Under the pieces are notes generated by a model. That model worked only from the letters and a program-made list of their open reading frames with translations. It was not told the DNA's origin and searched no databases. Positions 9,593-18,792 of a stretch of DNA of 64,000 nucleotides are shown here, in pieces (the stretch's first letter is position 1; the number at the start of each line of letters is the position of its first letter). Where the stretch lies: the NCBI GenBank assembly GCA_965242865.1, contig CBDETK010000013.1, positions 384,001 through 448,000 on the forward strand, written 5' to 3'. Source of the stretch: Candidatus Latescibacterota bacterium. GTDB lineage: Bacteria > Latescibacterota > UBA2968 > UBA8231. A program made the translations under genes and the position numbers.

Positions 9593-10930
9593 TCAGTCGG
9601 CCGCGACCAATTGCTGGGCCAAGGATCCTTCTCGCGTCAGGGCGTACACCACCACATTCACCCCCAAATTATAGGCCGACATTTCATCGACGCCGGAATG
9701 AAAAAACGGAGTGTTGCTTATGTTGTTCCGCGCCCCCTCATCCCGGGTCCGCTCGGCGGTTCCCGCCCAAAAATCCGCGTATCCGCGCATCGAATACACC
9801 CCGACCAACTGCTCGCCGACCACAATGCCCTCCAAATAATCCGGGGTGAGCGGGGGGGATTCGCCGCCGGTGGTAAAGTGCATATCGCGCATTCCGCGCG
9901 GCAGGCTTTCGACATCGTAGAAGCTGTGGTAGAGCGGGTGCGTGGTCGCTAAGCGGATAAACTGCCAGTCCTTCCACTCTTGATGGCCGACCGCTTGGAA
10001 GCTGGCCCGAATCAGGGAACGCACCGCCGGAATGTCCAAATCGGCGTCGCTGTAATTGGGCCGCAACGGGCGGACAATCTCCGCAAACAGGAAGCCGCCC
10101 GCAGTCAGATAGGCCCCGAGATTGGCCGCTTCCGCCGCGGTAAACTCAAAGGGCGAGTTGGCCGTAAACAGCACAAAGGGCACCTGCGAAAGCTGGGGAT
10201 CGTCGAGCCGAATCGCGTCGCGGACCTCGACGTGAACCTGCGTCGTGGCGACCATTTTATTGGCCAATCCGTGCAGCATCTGTTTTTCGGCTACTTGGCG
10301 CGTCTGAAGAAATAGGCGCGCCGCTGAGTGGGTGTTTTCCTGTTCAGCCCGTTCGATGGACGGGCTATACACACTGGACAAATAGAGAAAGCCTTTGAGC
10401 TCGCGCCGGTCTTGGGGATCCATCACCACCAGCGCCCGGTGCCGGCCGGTGTCCATGGCCTGCACGTCCATCAGCTCTAGGCCCAAGTCGATCTCGTCGG
10501 CCCCCTGCCGCGTCCCTTCTAACGCCCCCGCCCGCAGCTGCGGACCAATGTGCCGAGCCGGGAAGTCTGGCACCGGCAGCACCAGCCGGTCGGGCAGCGA
10601 CGCCATCGGCAACCGGAGCGACGACGACTTGAACATCGGCAGGGGGCGCATGGCCGAGGGCGCTGGTCGCACCGCGGCGACCGGGGCCGCTTGCAGGGCG
10701 GGGCGGCGCACCAACGGACGCTGCCGGGGGCGTTGCCGACGGGTCAGGGTGCGCTGCGGCGGCGGACGCTTGATAAACTCCACCATGATCGGCTGTAGGA
10801 CGGGGAATTGGCGGATCGGCTCGCGGTGCGTGATGCCGAAGATCACCAACAGATGCAAGGCCAGCGACGCCGCCAAGCAGCCTTGCAGCGTTCTGTTTTT
10901 GCACAGCGGAACTTTCCACGGCCGTCTCAT
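9593..10930 (-). CDS. DUF4159-domain protein with N-terminal membrane anchor and Pro/Arg-rich linker
   Basis: SLALHLLV anchor; motifs AEAANLGAYLTAGGFLFAE, HPLYHSFYD, LEGIVVGEQLVGVYS, LGVNVVVYALT. Confidence 0.75.
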   Translation of the reverse strand: MRRPWKVPLCKNRTLQGCLAASLALHLLVIFGITHREPIRQFPVLQPIMVEFIKRPPPQRTLTRRQRPRQRPLVRRPALQAAPVAAVRPAPSAMRPLPMFKSSSLRLPMASLPDRLVLPVPDFPARHIGPQLRAGALEGTRQGADEIDLGLELMDVQAMDTGRHRALVVMDPQDRRELKGFLYLSSVYSPSIERAEQENTHSAARLFLQTRQVAEKQMLHGLANKMVATTQVHVEVRDAIRLDDPQLSQVPFVLFTANSPFEFTAAEAANLGAYLTAGGFLFAEIVRPLRPNYSDADLDIPAVRSLIRASFQAVGHQEWKDWQFIRLATTHPLYHSFYDVESLPRGMRDMHFTTGGESPPLTPDYLEGIVVGEQLVGVYSMRGYADFWAGTAERTRDEGARNNISNTPFFHSGVDEMSAYNLGVNVVVYALTREGSLAQQLVAAD

Positions 10931-11040
10931 CGGCTCCCATCCCTTCGCAACGGATTAAACCGGAGTAAATCCAGTAAATGCTTAGAAGCGTTCTTAACAC
11001 TCATGTTGCTTTTGGCTCGTCTTGCCTGACGCCTCTAGAT

Positions 11041-11067
11041 GTCATTCCCGCGAACGCGGGAATCCAG
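11041..11067. repeat. REP/dRS3-like palindrome GTCATTCCCGCGAACGCGGGAATCCAG
   Basis: ATTCCC-N8-GGGAAT dyad; an inverted relative lies at 38326-38352. Confidence 0.7.
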
Positions 11068-11097
11068 CAAAGGACCAAGCCGAATCACTAGCTCAAC

Positions 11098-13323
11098 TTA
11101 CGGCAGCTTGGTCGTCTTTTTCGCTTCCACCCGTCCGTCCATCTCGACGCGATAGATGTACACGCCCGCGGCCACGTCTTTACCCGCCTCGTCGCGACCA
11201 TCCCATACAAACCGATGGCTGCCCGCCCTCAGCGGCCCCTCCCACACCTGTCGCACCCGACGACCCAACACGTCATGCACCGTCAGCGACACCCCCGCCG
11301 CGTCCGTCGCCAAATCAAGGGGAATCACCACCGCCGGATTGAACGGATTGGGATAGCTGTCGCCCAGCCGATGTTGCACCGGACGCACATCCGCCAGCGT
11401 CTGCACGGCTGTCGCCTGAGCCGCGACCAAATTCTCGAGCACATATACCCCGTCGGCCGTATGCCCCTCCTCCGAACGATGGCTCAACACGACCAAGTCC
11501 AAGTCGCCATCGCCGTCCACATCTCCAGCCAGCACCTCGCTGCCACTGCCGACCAGCCGATGCCGCTCCACCTCCTTCGCCGGATTAAGGCCCCCGCCCC
11601 ACTCAACGAACACCCCAAACCCCGACGCCCGGTCGCCGCCGATGAACACCCAGTCGTCCGCGCCATCGGCATTCAAGTCGCGCACCACCACCGGCGAGCG
11701 TAGCCACAGCCGCTCGTCATACAGCACCGCCGATTCGACCCCTCCGCCGGCGTCCTGTCGCTGCATCACTAGCCCCTTGACGCCTTCGTTTACGAGGCGT
11801 ATGAACGCCGTGAGCAAATCCACCTGCCCATCGCCATCAAAATCGCCCGCTCGGAACACAGGCCCGGCCAGATTGATCTCAAAAGTGCCGAGGTCGGTCT
11901 GTATAACGGGATTCTCCATGGCGAATTCCATAGCGCCCACTCGGAACACAGGCTTATACGTCTCAAACTCGACGAACTCGTCCCCTTGCAGATCGGCCCC
12001 CAAACCAGCCACCAAGCGCGTGTCCCCCCGGCCGGCGATGGGTTCCCACAACACCTCCAGCCGCCCATCGCCGGTAAAGTCGCCGATCTGAGTGGCTACG
12101 TGGTTGTTGGCGACCGCCACCTCAGAGGACGACCACGCGCCGTTCTCTACATCCCAGACCTCTAACGTGCTGCCCGCAAACGTGGTCTTTCCGACAAATA
12201 GCTCGACCGCGCCGTCGCCATCCCAATCGGCCAAGTCCCGCAGAAAGCGATCCGGGATTTCCGCGAGCACCTCGATTTGGAGTTCCGGCCCCACCGACCA
12301 AACCGCGGTCGCTACTTCACTCGTTCTAGAGAGCACGATCTCGTCGTGGCCATCGCCGGTCAAATCGCCGGCCAGCACCGCAAGGCCCACCTTTTCGGGC
12401 AGATCATCCGGGCCGATCTCGGCCGTACTAACAACCTCCTCTAGGCGCACGGTCTTAAAGACCCCCCGGCCGTCGTTGAGGGCCATCACCCAGCCGCTTG
12501 ACGGCGCGCCCCCCTCGTCCCAATAGTCATAGACCGCGAACAGGTCTAAGTCGCCGTCACCTTCCAAGTCCGTCAAGACGCCGTATCCACCGTCGCGGCC
12601 TCCCCCTAAGCCCCGCGTGATCGGATGGAAAACTGGCGGTGCAAAGTGCTTGGCCCCCTCAAAGCGGACATACTCTACGTAAGGAGGGGCTAATTCCCCC
12701 TGTAACAACTCTTCAACCCCGGTCAACTCGATCCAGTCGATCTCAAACACCCCCACCACATCGCTCACCGGCCGGGGGGGCAGAGTTATATCTTCTATCG
12801 AATCCAAGCCAAAACTGAGCCGAATATCCTTTAACAACCCCTCCCATCGGATTTCGTCTTGGCCAATAAGGGAGAACTCCACTTCCTGCCACTCGGTGGT
12901 GTAAACGAAGTTCGGGGGGCCTCCTGAGAGTGCAAACCGGCTCTCGGGGCCGCCAGAATTTGCAAGGTTGTGCTCGTTGGTCCATTGGAGCCTGCAATAC
13001 CCTACCGTAGGACGATGATGAACGGTGCGGAAGCGAACCCGTACCCGGTCAAACAGGCTCGAATCATAGCCGAGGGTAGAAGAAATCACCTCGACACTCG
13101 GCGCAGGATTTGACTGCCTAGCCACGGAGGGCAAGACATCAATCTGCCACACACCATCTTCGACCCCCCCCGGAAACAGGTCCGCTTCAAACGAACCACC
13201 CCATGCGAGCGCTCTTTTGGCAGCCCACCCTTGCGTCGTCCCATCGTCGAACTCCCACCGAATCGCCGCGGCGGGATCGTTCCACAGCGCAACAGCGACG
13301 ACAACGGCCAATAGCAACGTCAT
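11098..13323 (-). CDS. Secreted FG-GAP/VCBS + FlgD-Ig/T9SS-like protein (paralog 3, 'GAKHF' subtype)
   Basis: Start refined to MTLLLAVV; same architecture as paralogs 1-2. Confidence 0.9.
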   Translation of the reverse strand: MTLLLAVVVAVALWNDPAAAIRWEFDDGTTQGWAAKRALAWGGSFEADLFPGGVEDGVWQIDVLPSVARQSNPAPSVEVISSTLGYDSSLFDRVRVRFRTVHHRPTVGYCRLQWTNEHNLANSGGPESRFALSGGPPNFVYTTEWQEVEFSLIGQDEIRWEGLLKDIRLSFGLDSIEDITLPPRPVSDVVGVFEIDWIELTGVEELLQGELAPPYVEYVRFEGAKHFAPPVFHPITRGLGGGRDGGYGVLTDLEGDGDLDLFAVYDYWDEGGAPSSGWVMALNDGRGVFKTVRLEEVVSTAEIGPDDLPEKVGLAVLAGDLTGDGHDEIVLSRTSEVATAVWSVGPELQIEVLAEIPDRFLRDLADWDGDGAVELFVGKTTFAGSTLEVWDVENGAWSSSEVAVANNHVATQIGDFTGDGRLEVLWEPIAGRGDTRLVAGLGADLQGDEFVEFETYKPVFRVGAMEFAMENPVIQTDLGTFEINLAGPVFRAGDFDGDGQVDLLTAFIRLVNEGVKGLVMQRQDAGGGVESAVLYDERLWLRSPVVVRDLNADGADDWVFIGGDRASGFGVFVEWGGGLNPAKEVERHRLVGSGSEVLAGDVDGDGDLDLVVLSHRSEEGHTADGVYVLENLVAAQATAVQTLADVRPVQHRLGDSYPNPFNPAVVIPLDLATDAAGVSLTVHDVLGRRVRQVWEGPLRAGSHRFVWDGRDEAGKDVAAGVYIYRVEMDGRVEAKKTTKLP

Positions 13324-13373
13324 AGTATAATTCCTTTCCAACAGTAGCGTCTCTGGGGAGTTGAGAGGAGAGG

Positions 13374-13410
13374 AGGGGCTGACTTAATCGCTACTATTAA
13401 GCCAGCCCCT
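13374..13410 (-). terminator. Stem-loop downstream of peptide gene 2
   Basis: Minus strand AGGGGCTGGCTTAAT...ATTAAGTCAGCCCCT. Confidence 0.55.
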
Positions 13411-13468
13411 TAGCACCGTAACCTGAGAAGCAGCCCCATAGCCATTTATCAACAACTTAGGTATTATC

Positions 13469-13759
13469 TCAGGGGCAGGAAGTGGAGGAGCACCAGCAAG
13501 CTATTCTAGAATAGCTGCAATCCGGGGCCCTTTTGTGGGTGCAGTACCGGTAGCCCTCGTCCGTATCCCCCTCTGCACAGTTGGCACTCGTACTGCAGGT
13601 GGTCCAAGTGCGAGGGCACTGGCTGTCGGCTTTCGCTTCCTTGGCCCCGAGCAGGACGGTGATCCCCGTCAGGACGCTGATGACCCAACCGAGGGCCAAA
13701 CCCTGCCGAGCCGGTGCCAACCCGCTCGACGACGCGAAAAACTCCCGCAATTTCTGCAT
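13469..13759 (-). CDS. Secreted 8-Cys peptide precursor 2
   Basis: Same leader; core spacing C-x6-C-x5-C-x11-C-x7-C-x6-C-x-C-x4-C. Confidence 0.88.
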   Translation of the reverse strand: MQKLREFFASSSGLAPARQGLALGWVISVLTGITVLLGAKEAKADSQCPRTWTTCSTSANCAEGDTDEGYRYCTHKRAPDCSYSRIACWCSSTSCP

Positions 13760-13898
13760 GATTCTCGTCTCCTACGTTGCCCAGTACGCCGGCGGCCCGA
13801 TACCGCTACGGCACTGGAAGTGAGGGTTGAAAAACAGCCGATATGAGTTCGCGTCCCCTCCTTTCTTTTTAATCGGCCTTGCTTCTACGGATTATATA

Positions 13899-13915
13899 AG
13901 CAAATTGCGTGCCAA
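13899..13915 (-). promoter_or_regulatory. Sigma-54 promoter, copy 2
   Basis: TTGGCACGCAATTTGCT. Confidence 0.88.
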
Positions 13916-14032
13916 AAAGCAGGGCATGCACAAAAAAATCCTTTAGGATTGCCCTAAAGGATTGAAAATATGAGACTTAAAATAATGGACGCGGCTTCTT
14001 ATGAGCGGCAGCCTCAGCCCGTGGTGCACGGC

Positions 14033-14111
14033 TTTACACGATTTTCCGTGGATTCTACACGATTTTCCGTGGACTGTACACGATTTTCCGTGGATTCTAC
14101 GCGACTTTCCC
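14033..14111. repeat. 21-bp tandem repeat array (putative UAS), copy 2
   Basis: TACACGATTTTCCGTGGA core x3 plus a degenerate fourth. Confidence 0.8.
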
Positions 14112-14213
14112 TTTGGGCTGTCGCGCCGCCAAGATAGGTGCTCAATGGCTGGAGTACGTAAGTACGCGGCACCTACTTTGATTCCGCCTTTTCTGGTATT
14201 CCCACCGCGTCTG

Positions 14214-14265
14214 GGATCGAGGGCGTCCCGCCCTTGACGTGACGAGGGCAAGACGCCCTCGATCC
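14214..14265. repeat. REP-like inverted repeat
   Basis: GGATCGAGGGCGTC...GACGCCCTCGATCC; identical copy at 21898-21949. Confidence 0.65.
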
Positions 14266-14412
14266 TTAGGAAGGTGGGGGCTGATGTCGTGTAGTAAGGA
14301 CCGGAAGTAATTCAGTATCAGTATAATGGACGGTTAGATGGATGGTTAGGCTGTCTCATGCCGTTTCATCCTCGTTCGCGTCAAATAGCTCATAGCTCAA
14401 AAGACGGGCCGT

Positions 14413-16518
14413 TTACGGCAGCTTGGTCGTCTTTTTCGCTTCCACCCGGCCTTCGATTTCGACGCGATAGATATACACCCCAGCGGCCACGTCTTTACCC
14501 GCCTCGTCGCGCCCATCCCATACCAACCGATGGCTGCCCGCCCCCAGCGGCCCCTCCCACACCTGTCGCACCCGACGACCCAACACGTCATGCACTCGCA
14601 ACGACACCACCGCGTCCGTCGCCAAATCAAGGGGCAGCACCACCGCCGGATTGAACGGATTGGGATAGCTGTCGCCCAGCCGGTATTGCGCCGGCCGCGC
14701 ATCCGCCGACATCTGCACGGCCGTCGGCGGCGCACCCAGCGAATTTTTGAGGACATGCACTCCCCCCAAGATCGGATCCAACACCACCAAATCCTCATCG
14801 CCATCGCCGTCCATATCCCCGGACAGCACATGGGTCGCACTGCCGGTCAGCCGGTGACGCTCCCCGTCTTGGGTCGGCTTGACGCTCCCGCCCCATTCGA
14901 CGAACACCCCAAAGCCCGAAGCGCGGTCTCCGCCGATAAACACCCAGTCGTCGATCCCATCGGCGTTGAGATCGCGCATCAGCACCGGCGAGCGTCGAAA
15001 CAGCCGATCATCATACAGCACCGCTTCTGCGCCGCCAGTGCTCTGGCTCCGCCAGACGAGCCCCTTACTCCCTTCAAAGCGATCGCGTGTGAACTCAGTG
15101 AGTACATCCACCTGCCCATCGCCATCAAAATCGCCGACCCCTAACAGCGGCTTCCAAGCCTCGAATTCAAAGACCTCGTTTCGCTGAAACTCATCGTCCA
15201 AGGCTTCCACACTCCACGTGTTCGCCTGCCCGATGATCGGTATCCACACCACGTCAAGCACCCCATCACCGGTAACGTCGCCAACCCGATGGGACACATG
15301 GTGTTGAGCCGAGGCCACCTCCTCGGCCGTCCACACACCTTGTTCCACATCCCAGACCTCTAAGGTGCTCCCCTCAACAAACAGTTCGACCCGGCCATCG
15401 CCATCCCAATCCGCGGCATCCACGATATCTCGATCCTCGATTTGCACCAGCACCTCCACTTGGAGGTCCGGGCCGATAGACCACACTTCTACGGCCTCTC
15501 CCCCCCCGACACTCGCATACAGCACGATTTCGTCTCGACCATCGCCGGTCAAGTCCGCCCCCAGCGCATTTAAGAGCACCCCAGAGACGGTTATCCTTCC
15601 AGTTACCGCATCGGTACTAAGCAGCCTTGCGGCCACTACTTCCTCTATGCGCCCCAGTTCCAAGACCCCGTGTCCGTCGTTGAGGGCCATCAGCCAGCCC
15701 ACTTGATGCCCCGGCTGATCCGCTTCCTCGTGCGGGAAACTCCAGACAGCGAACAGGTCTAGGTCGCCATCGCCCTCCAAGTCCGTCAAGACACCCTGCT
15801 GCGCTCCTCCAGAGCCTTCGCCGTGCCCAATGCCCGGCGCAATCGGATAGAACACTGGCGGCGCAAAAAGCCCCGCCGCATCCCAACGAAGATACTCTAC
15901 CAGCGGCGGCGGCCGTTCCCCCTGTAGCAACTCTTCCACGCCGGTCAACTCGATCCAATCGATCTCGAACCACTCAACCACATCGGACGCCGATTCAACT
16001 TCCGAATCCAAGTTAAAACCGAGCCGAATATCTTTTAACAGGCCCTCCCATCTCTTCTCGTCGCGACCGGCCAAGACAAGCACCACTTCCTGCCACTCGG
16101 TCGTATAGACTATATCTTGGGCGAAAATTGCAAACGCATGATCCCAACCTGAGGGCAGGGCGTTGTGCTCACTGGTCCAAGCGACCGAAAAATTACCGAT
16201 TGTAGGGCGGTGATGGACGGTGCGGCAGCGGATGCGAACGTGGTCGAACAGACCCGAATCATACCCGATGGTCGGCGAAATCAACTCGACCATCGGATTG
16301 GAGTAGTTCCCCTTGGTGACGGCCGGATCGACCTCGATCCGCCACACGCTATCTTCAACCCCCCCCGGAAACTGGTGAAATTCAAGCGAACCACCCCATG
16401 TAGCAGCTTCTTTGGCGGACCACCCTTGCGTCGTCCCATCGTCAAACTCCCACTTGATCGCCGTGGCGGGACCGTCCCACAGCACAATACCGACGACAAC
16501 GGCGAATAGCAGCATCAT
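14413..16518 (-). CDS. Secreted FG-GAP/VCBS + FlgD-Ig/T9SS-like protein (paralog 4)
   Basis: AAGGAG RBS, signal peptide, DxDGDG repeats, YPNPFNP tail. Confidence 0.9.
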   Translation of the reverse strand: MMLLFAVVVGIVLWDGPATAIKWEFDDGTTQGWSAKEAATWGGSLEFHQFPGGVEDSVWRIEVDPAVTKGNYSNPMVELISPTIGYDSGLFDHVRIRCRTVHHRPTIGNFSVAWTSEHNALPSGWDHAFAIFAQDIVYTTEWQEVVLVLAGRDEKRWEGLLKDIRLGFNLDSEVESASDVVEWFEIDWIELTGVEELLQGERPPPLVEYLRWDAAGLFAPPVFYPIAPGIGHGEGSGGAQQGVLTDLEGDGDLDLFAVWSFPHEEADQPGHQVGWLMALNDGHGVLELGRIEEVVAARLLSTDAVTGRITVSGVLLNALGADLTGDGRDEIVLYASVGGGEAVEVWSIGPDLQVEVLVQIEDRDIVDAADWDGDGRVELFVEGSTLEVWDVEQGVWTAEEVASAQHHVSHRVGDVTGDGVLDVVWIPIIGQANTWSVEALDDEFQRNEVFEFEAWKPLLGVGDFDGDGQVDVLTEFTRDRFEGSKGLVWRSQSTGGAEAVLYDDRLFRRSPVLMRDLNADGIDDWVFIGGDRASGFGVFVEWGGSVKPTQDGERHRLTGSATHVLSGDMDGDGDEDLVVLDPILGGVHVLKNSLGAPPTAVQMSADARPAQYRLGDSYPNPFNPAVVLPLDLATDAVVSLRVHDVLGRRVRQVWEGPLGAGSHRLVWDGRDEAGKDVAAGVYIYRVEIEGRVEAKKTTKLP

Positions 16519-16556
16519 AGCCTAGCTCCTTGCAACAGGCATAAAAGAAGGTCCGC

Positions 16557-18698
16557 TTACGGTAGCTTGGTCGTCTTTTTGGCTTCCACCCGGCCGTCCA
16601 TCTCGACGCGATAGATATACACGCCCGCGGCCACCGCCTTGCCTGTCTCGTCGCGCCCATCCCATACCAACCGATGGCTGCCTGCCCCCAGCGGCCCCTG
16701 CCACACCTGACGCACCCGACGACCCAACACGTCATGCACTCGCAACGACACCACCGCGTCCGTCGCCAAATCAAGGGGAATCACCACCGCCGGATTGAAC
16801 GGATTGGGATAGCTGTCGCCCAGCCGGTATTGCGCCGGCCGCGCATCCGCCGGCGTCAACACGACCGTCGCGGTCGAGGCCAGCGAACTCTTGAGCAGAT
16901 GCACACCGCCCAAGATCGGATCCAATACCACCAAATCCTCATCGCCGTCGCCATCCATATCCCCGGACAGCACGTGGGTCGCACTGCCCGTCAGCCGATG
17001 CCGCTCCCCGTCTTGGGTCGGATTGACGCTCCCGCCCCATTCGACGAACACCCCAAAGCCCGAAGCGCGGTCTCCGCCAATAAACACCCAGTCGTCGATC
17101 CCATCGGCGTTGAGATCGCGCATCAGCACCGGCGAGCGACGAAACAGCCGATCATCATACAGCACCGCTTCTGCGCCGCCAGTGCTCTGGCTCCGCCAGA
17201 CGAGCCCCTTGCTCCCTTCAAATTCATCGCGTGTGAGCTCGGTGAGTACATCCACCTGTCCATCGCCATCAAAATCGCCCACCCCTAACAGCGGCTTCCA
17301 AGCCTCATTGCCGACCCCTAACAGCGGCTTCCAAGCCTCGAATTCAAAGACCTCGTTCCGCTGAAACTCATCGCCCAAGGCACCCACCCCCCACGTGTTC
17401 GCCTGTCCGATAATCGGTATCCACACCACGTCGAGCACCCCATCGCCAGTAACGTCGCCAACCCGATGGGACGCATGGTGTTGAGCCGAGGCCACCTCCT
17501 CGGCCGTCCACATGCCCTGTTCCACATCCCAGACTTCTAAAGCGATGCGCCCATCGACGAATAATTCGACCCGACCATCGCCATCCCAATCCGCTGCACC
17601 CACGAGCCTTCGATCCTCGATTTGCACCAGCACCTCCACTTGGAGGTCCGGGCCGATAGACCACACTTCTACGGCCGATCCAGCATTGCTTACATACAGC
17701 GCGATTTCGTCTCGACCATCACCAGTCAAGTCCGCACCCAGTGCCTCTAAGGACACCCCGGAGACGGTCATCACGCCCGTTTCCGCATCGGTACTCGTCC
17801 CCCCTGCGATCGCTACTCCCTCTATGCGTCCCCGTTCCAAGACCCCGTGTCCGTCGTTGAGGGCCATCAGCCAGCCTACTCTAGACCCCGGCTGATCCAT
17901 TTTCCTGTATGGGGACCTCCAGATGGCGAACAGGTCTAGGTCGCCATCGCCCTCCAAGTCCGTCAAAATACCCTGCTGCTGTCCTCTAGAGACTCCGCCG
18001 TGCCCAATACCCGGCGCAATCGGATAGAACACTGGCGGCGCAAAAAGCCCCGCCGCATCCCAACGAAGATACTCTACCAGCGGCGGCGGTCGTTCCCCCT
18101 GTAGCAACTCTTCCACGCCGGTCAACTCGATCCAATCGATCTCGAACCACTCAACCGCATCGGACGCCGATTCAACTTCCGAATGATCCAAGTTAAAACC
18201 GAGCCGAATATCTTTTAACAGGCCCTCCCATCTCTTCTCGTCGCGACCGGCCAAGACAAGCACCACTTCCTGCCACTCGGTCGTATAGACTATGTCTTGT
18301 AGGAGGATTGCAAACGCACGATCCCAACCTCTGGGCAGGGCGTTGTGCTCACTGGTCCAAGCGACCGAAAAATTACCGATTGTAGGGCGGTGATGGACGG
18401 TGCGGCAGCGGATGCGAACGTGGTCGAACAGACTCGAATCATACCCGATAGTCGAAGAAATCAATTCGACCCTCGGCGTAGAGTAGTTCCCCTTGGTGAC
18501 GGCCGGATCGACCGCGATCCGCCACACGCTGTCTTCAACCATCCCCGGAAACTGGTGAAATTCACGCGAACCACCCCATATAGCAGCTTCTTTGGCAGAC
18601 CACCCTTGCGTCGTCCCATCGTCGAACTCCCACTTGATCGCCGTGGCGGGACCGTCCCACAGCACCACAGCGACGACAACGGCGAATAGCAACGTCAT
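16557..18698 (-). CDS. Secreted FG-GAP/VCBS + FlgD-Ig/T9SS-like protein (paralog 5)
   Basis: Same architecture; carries an internal EAWKPLLGVG duplication. Confidence 0.9.
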   Translation of the reverse strand: MTLLFAVVVAVVLWDGPATAIKWEFDDGTTQGWSAKEAAIWGGSREFHQFPGMVEDSVWRIAVDPAVTKGNYSTPRVELISSTIGYDSSLFDHVRIRCRTVHHRPTIGNFSVAWTSEHNALPRGWDRAFAILLQDIVYTTEWQEVVLVLAGRDEKRWEGLLKDIRLGFNLDHSEVESASDAVEWFEIDWIELTGVEELLQGERPPPLVEYLRWDAAGLFAPPVFYPIAPGIGHGGVSRGQQQGILTDLEGDGDLDLFAIWRSPYRKMDQPGSRVGWLMALNDGHGVLERGRIEGVAIAGGTSTDAETGVMTVSGVSLEALGADLTGDGRDEIALYVSNAGSAVEVWSIGPDLQVEVLVQIEDRRLVGAADWDGDGRVELFVDGRIALEVWDVEQGMWTAEEVASAQHHASHRVGDVTGDGVLDVVWIPIIGQANTWGVGALGDEFQRNEVFEFEAWKPLLGVGNEAWKPLLGVGDFDGDGQVDVLTELTRDEFEGSKGLVWRSQSTGGAEAVLYDDRLFRRSPVLMRDLNADGIDDWVFIGGDRASGFGVFVEWGGSVNPTQDGERHRLTGSATHVLSGDMDGDGDEDLVVLDPILGGVHLLKSSLASTATVVLTPADARPAQYRLGDSYPNPFNPAVVIPLDLATDAVVSLRVHDVLGRRVRQVWQGPLGAGSHRLVWDGRDETGKAVAAGVYIYRVEMDGRVEAKKTTKLP

Positions 18699-18792
18699 AG
18701 CCTAGCTCCTTTGCAATAATTTCAGCCCCAGTCCGGTATAGATGATTTAGGCGGTCTCATGCCGTCTCATCGGCTCGCGTTTCTACCACTTC

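Noticed and set aside
13943-14251. Duplicated 102-aa ORF with HGKSC repeats (also 21627..21935, and 6149..6415 on the other strand)
   Set aside because: It is just a translation of the regulatory repeat array and REP element; starts and frames are not conserved across the four copies
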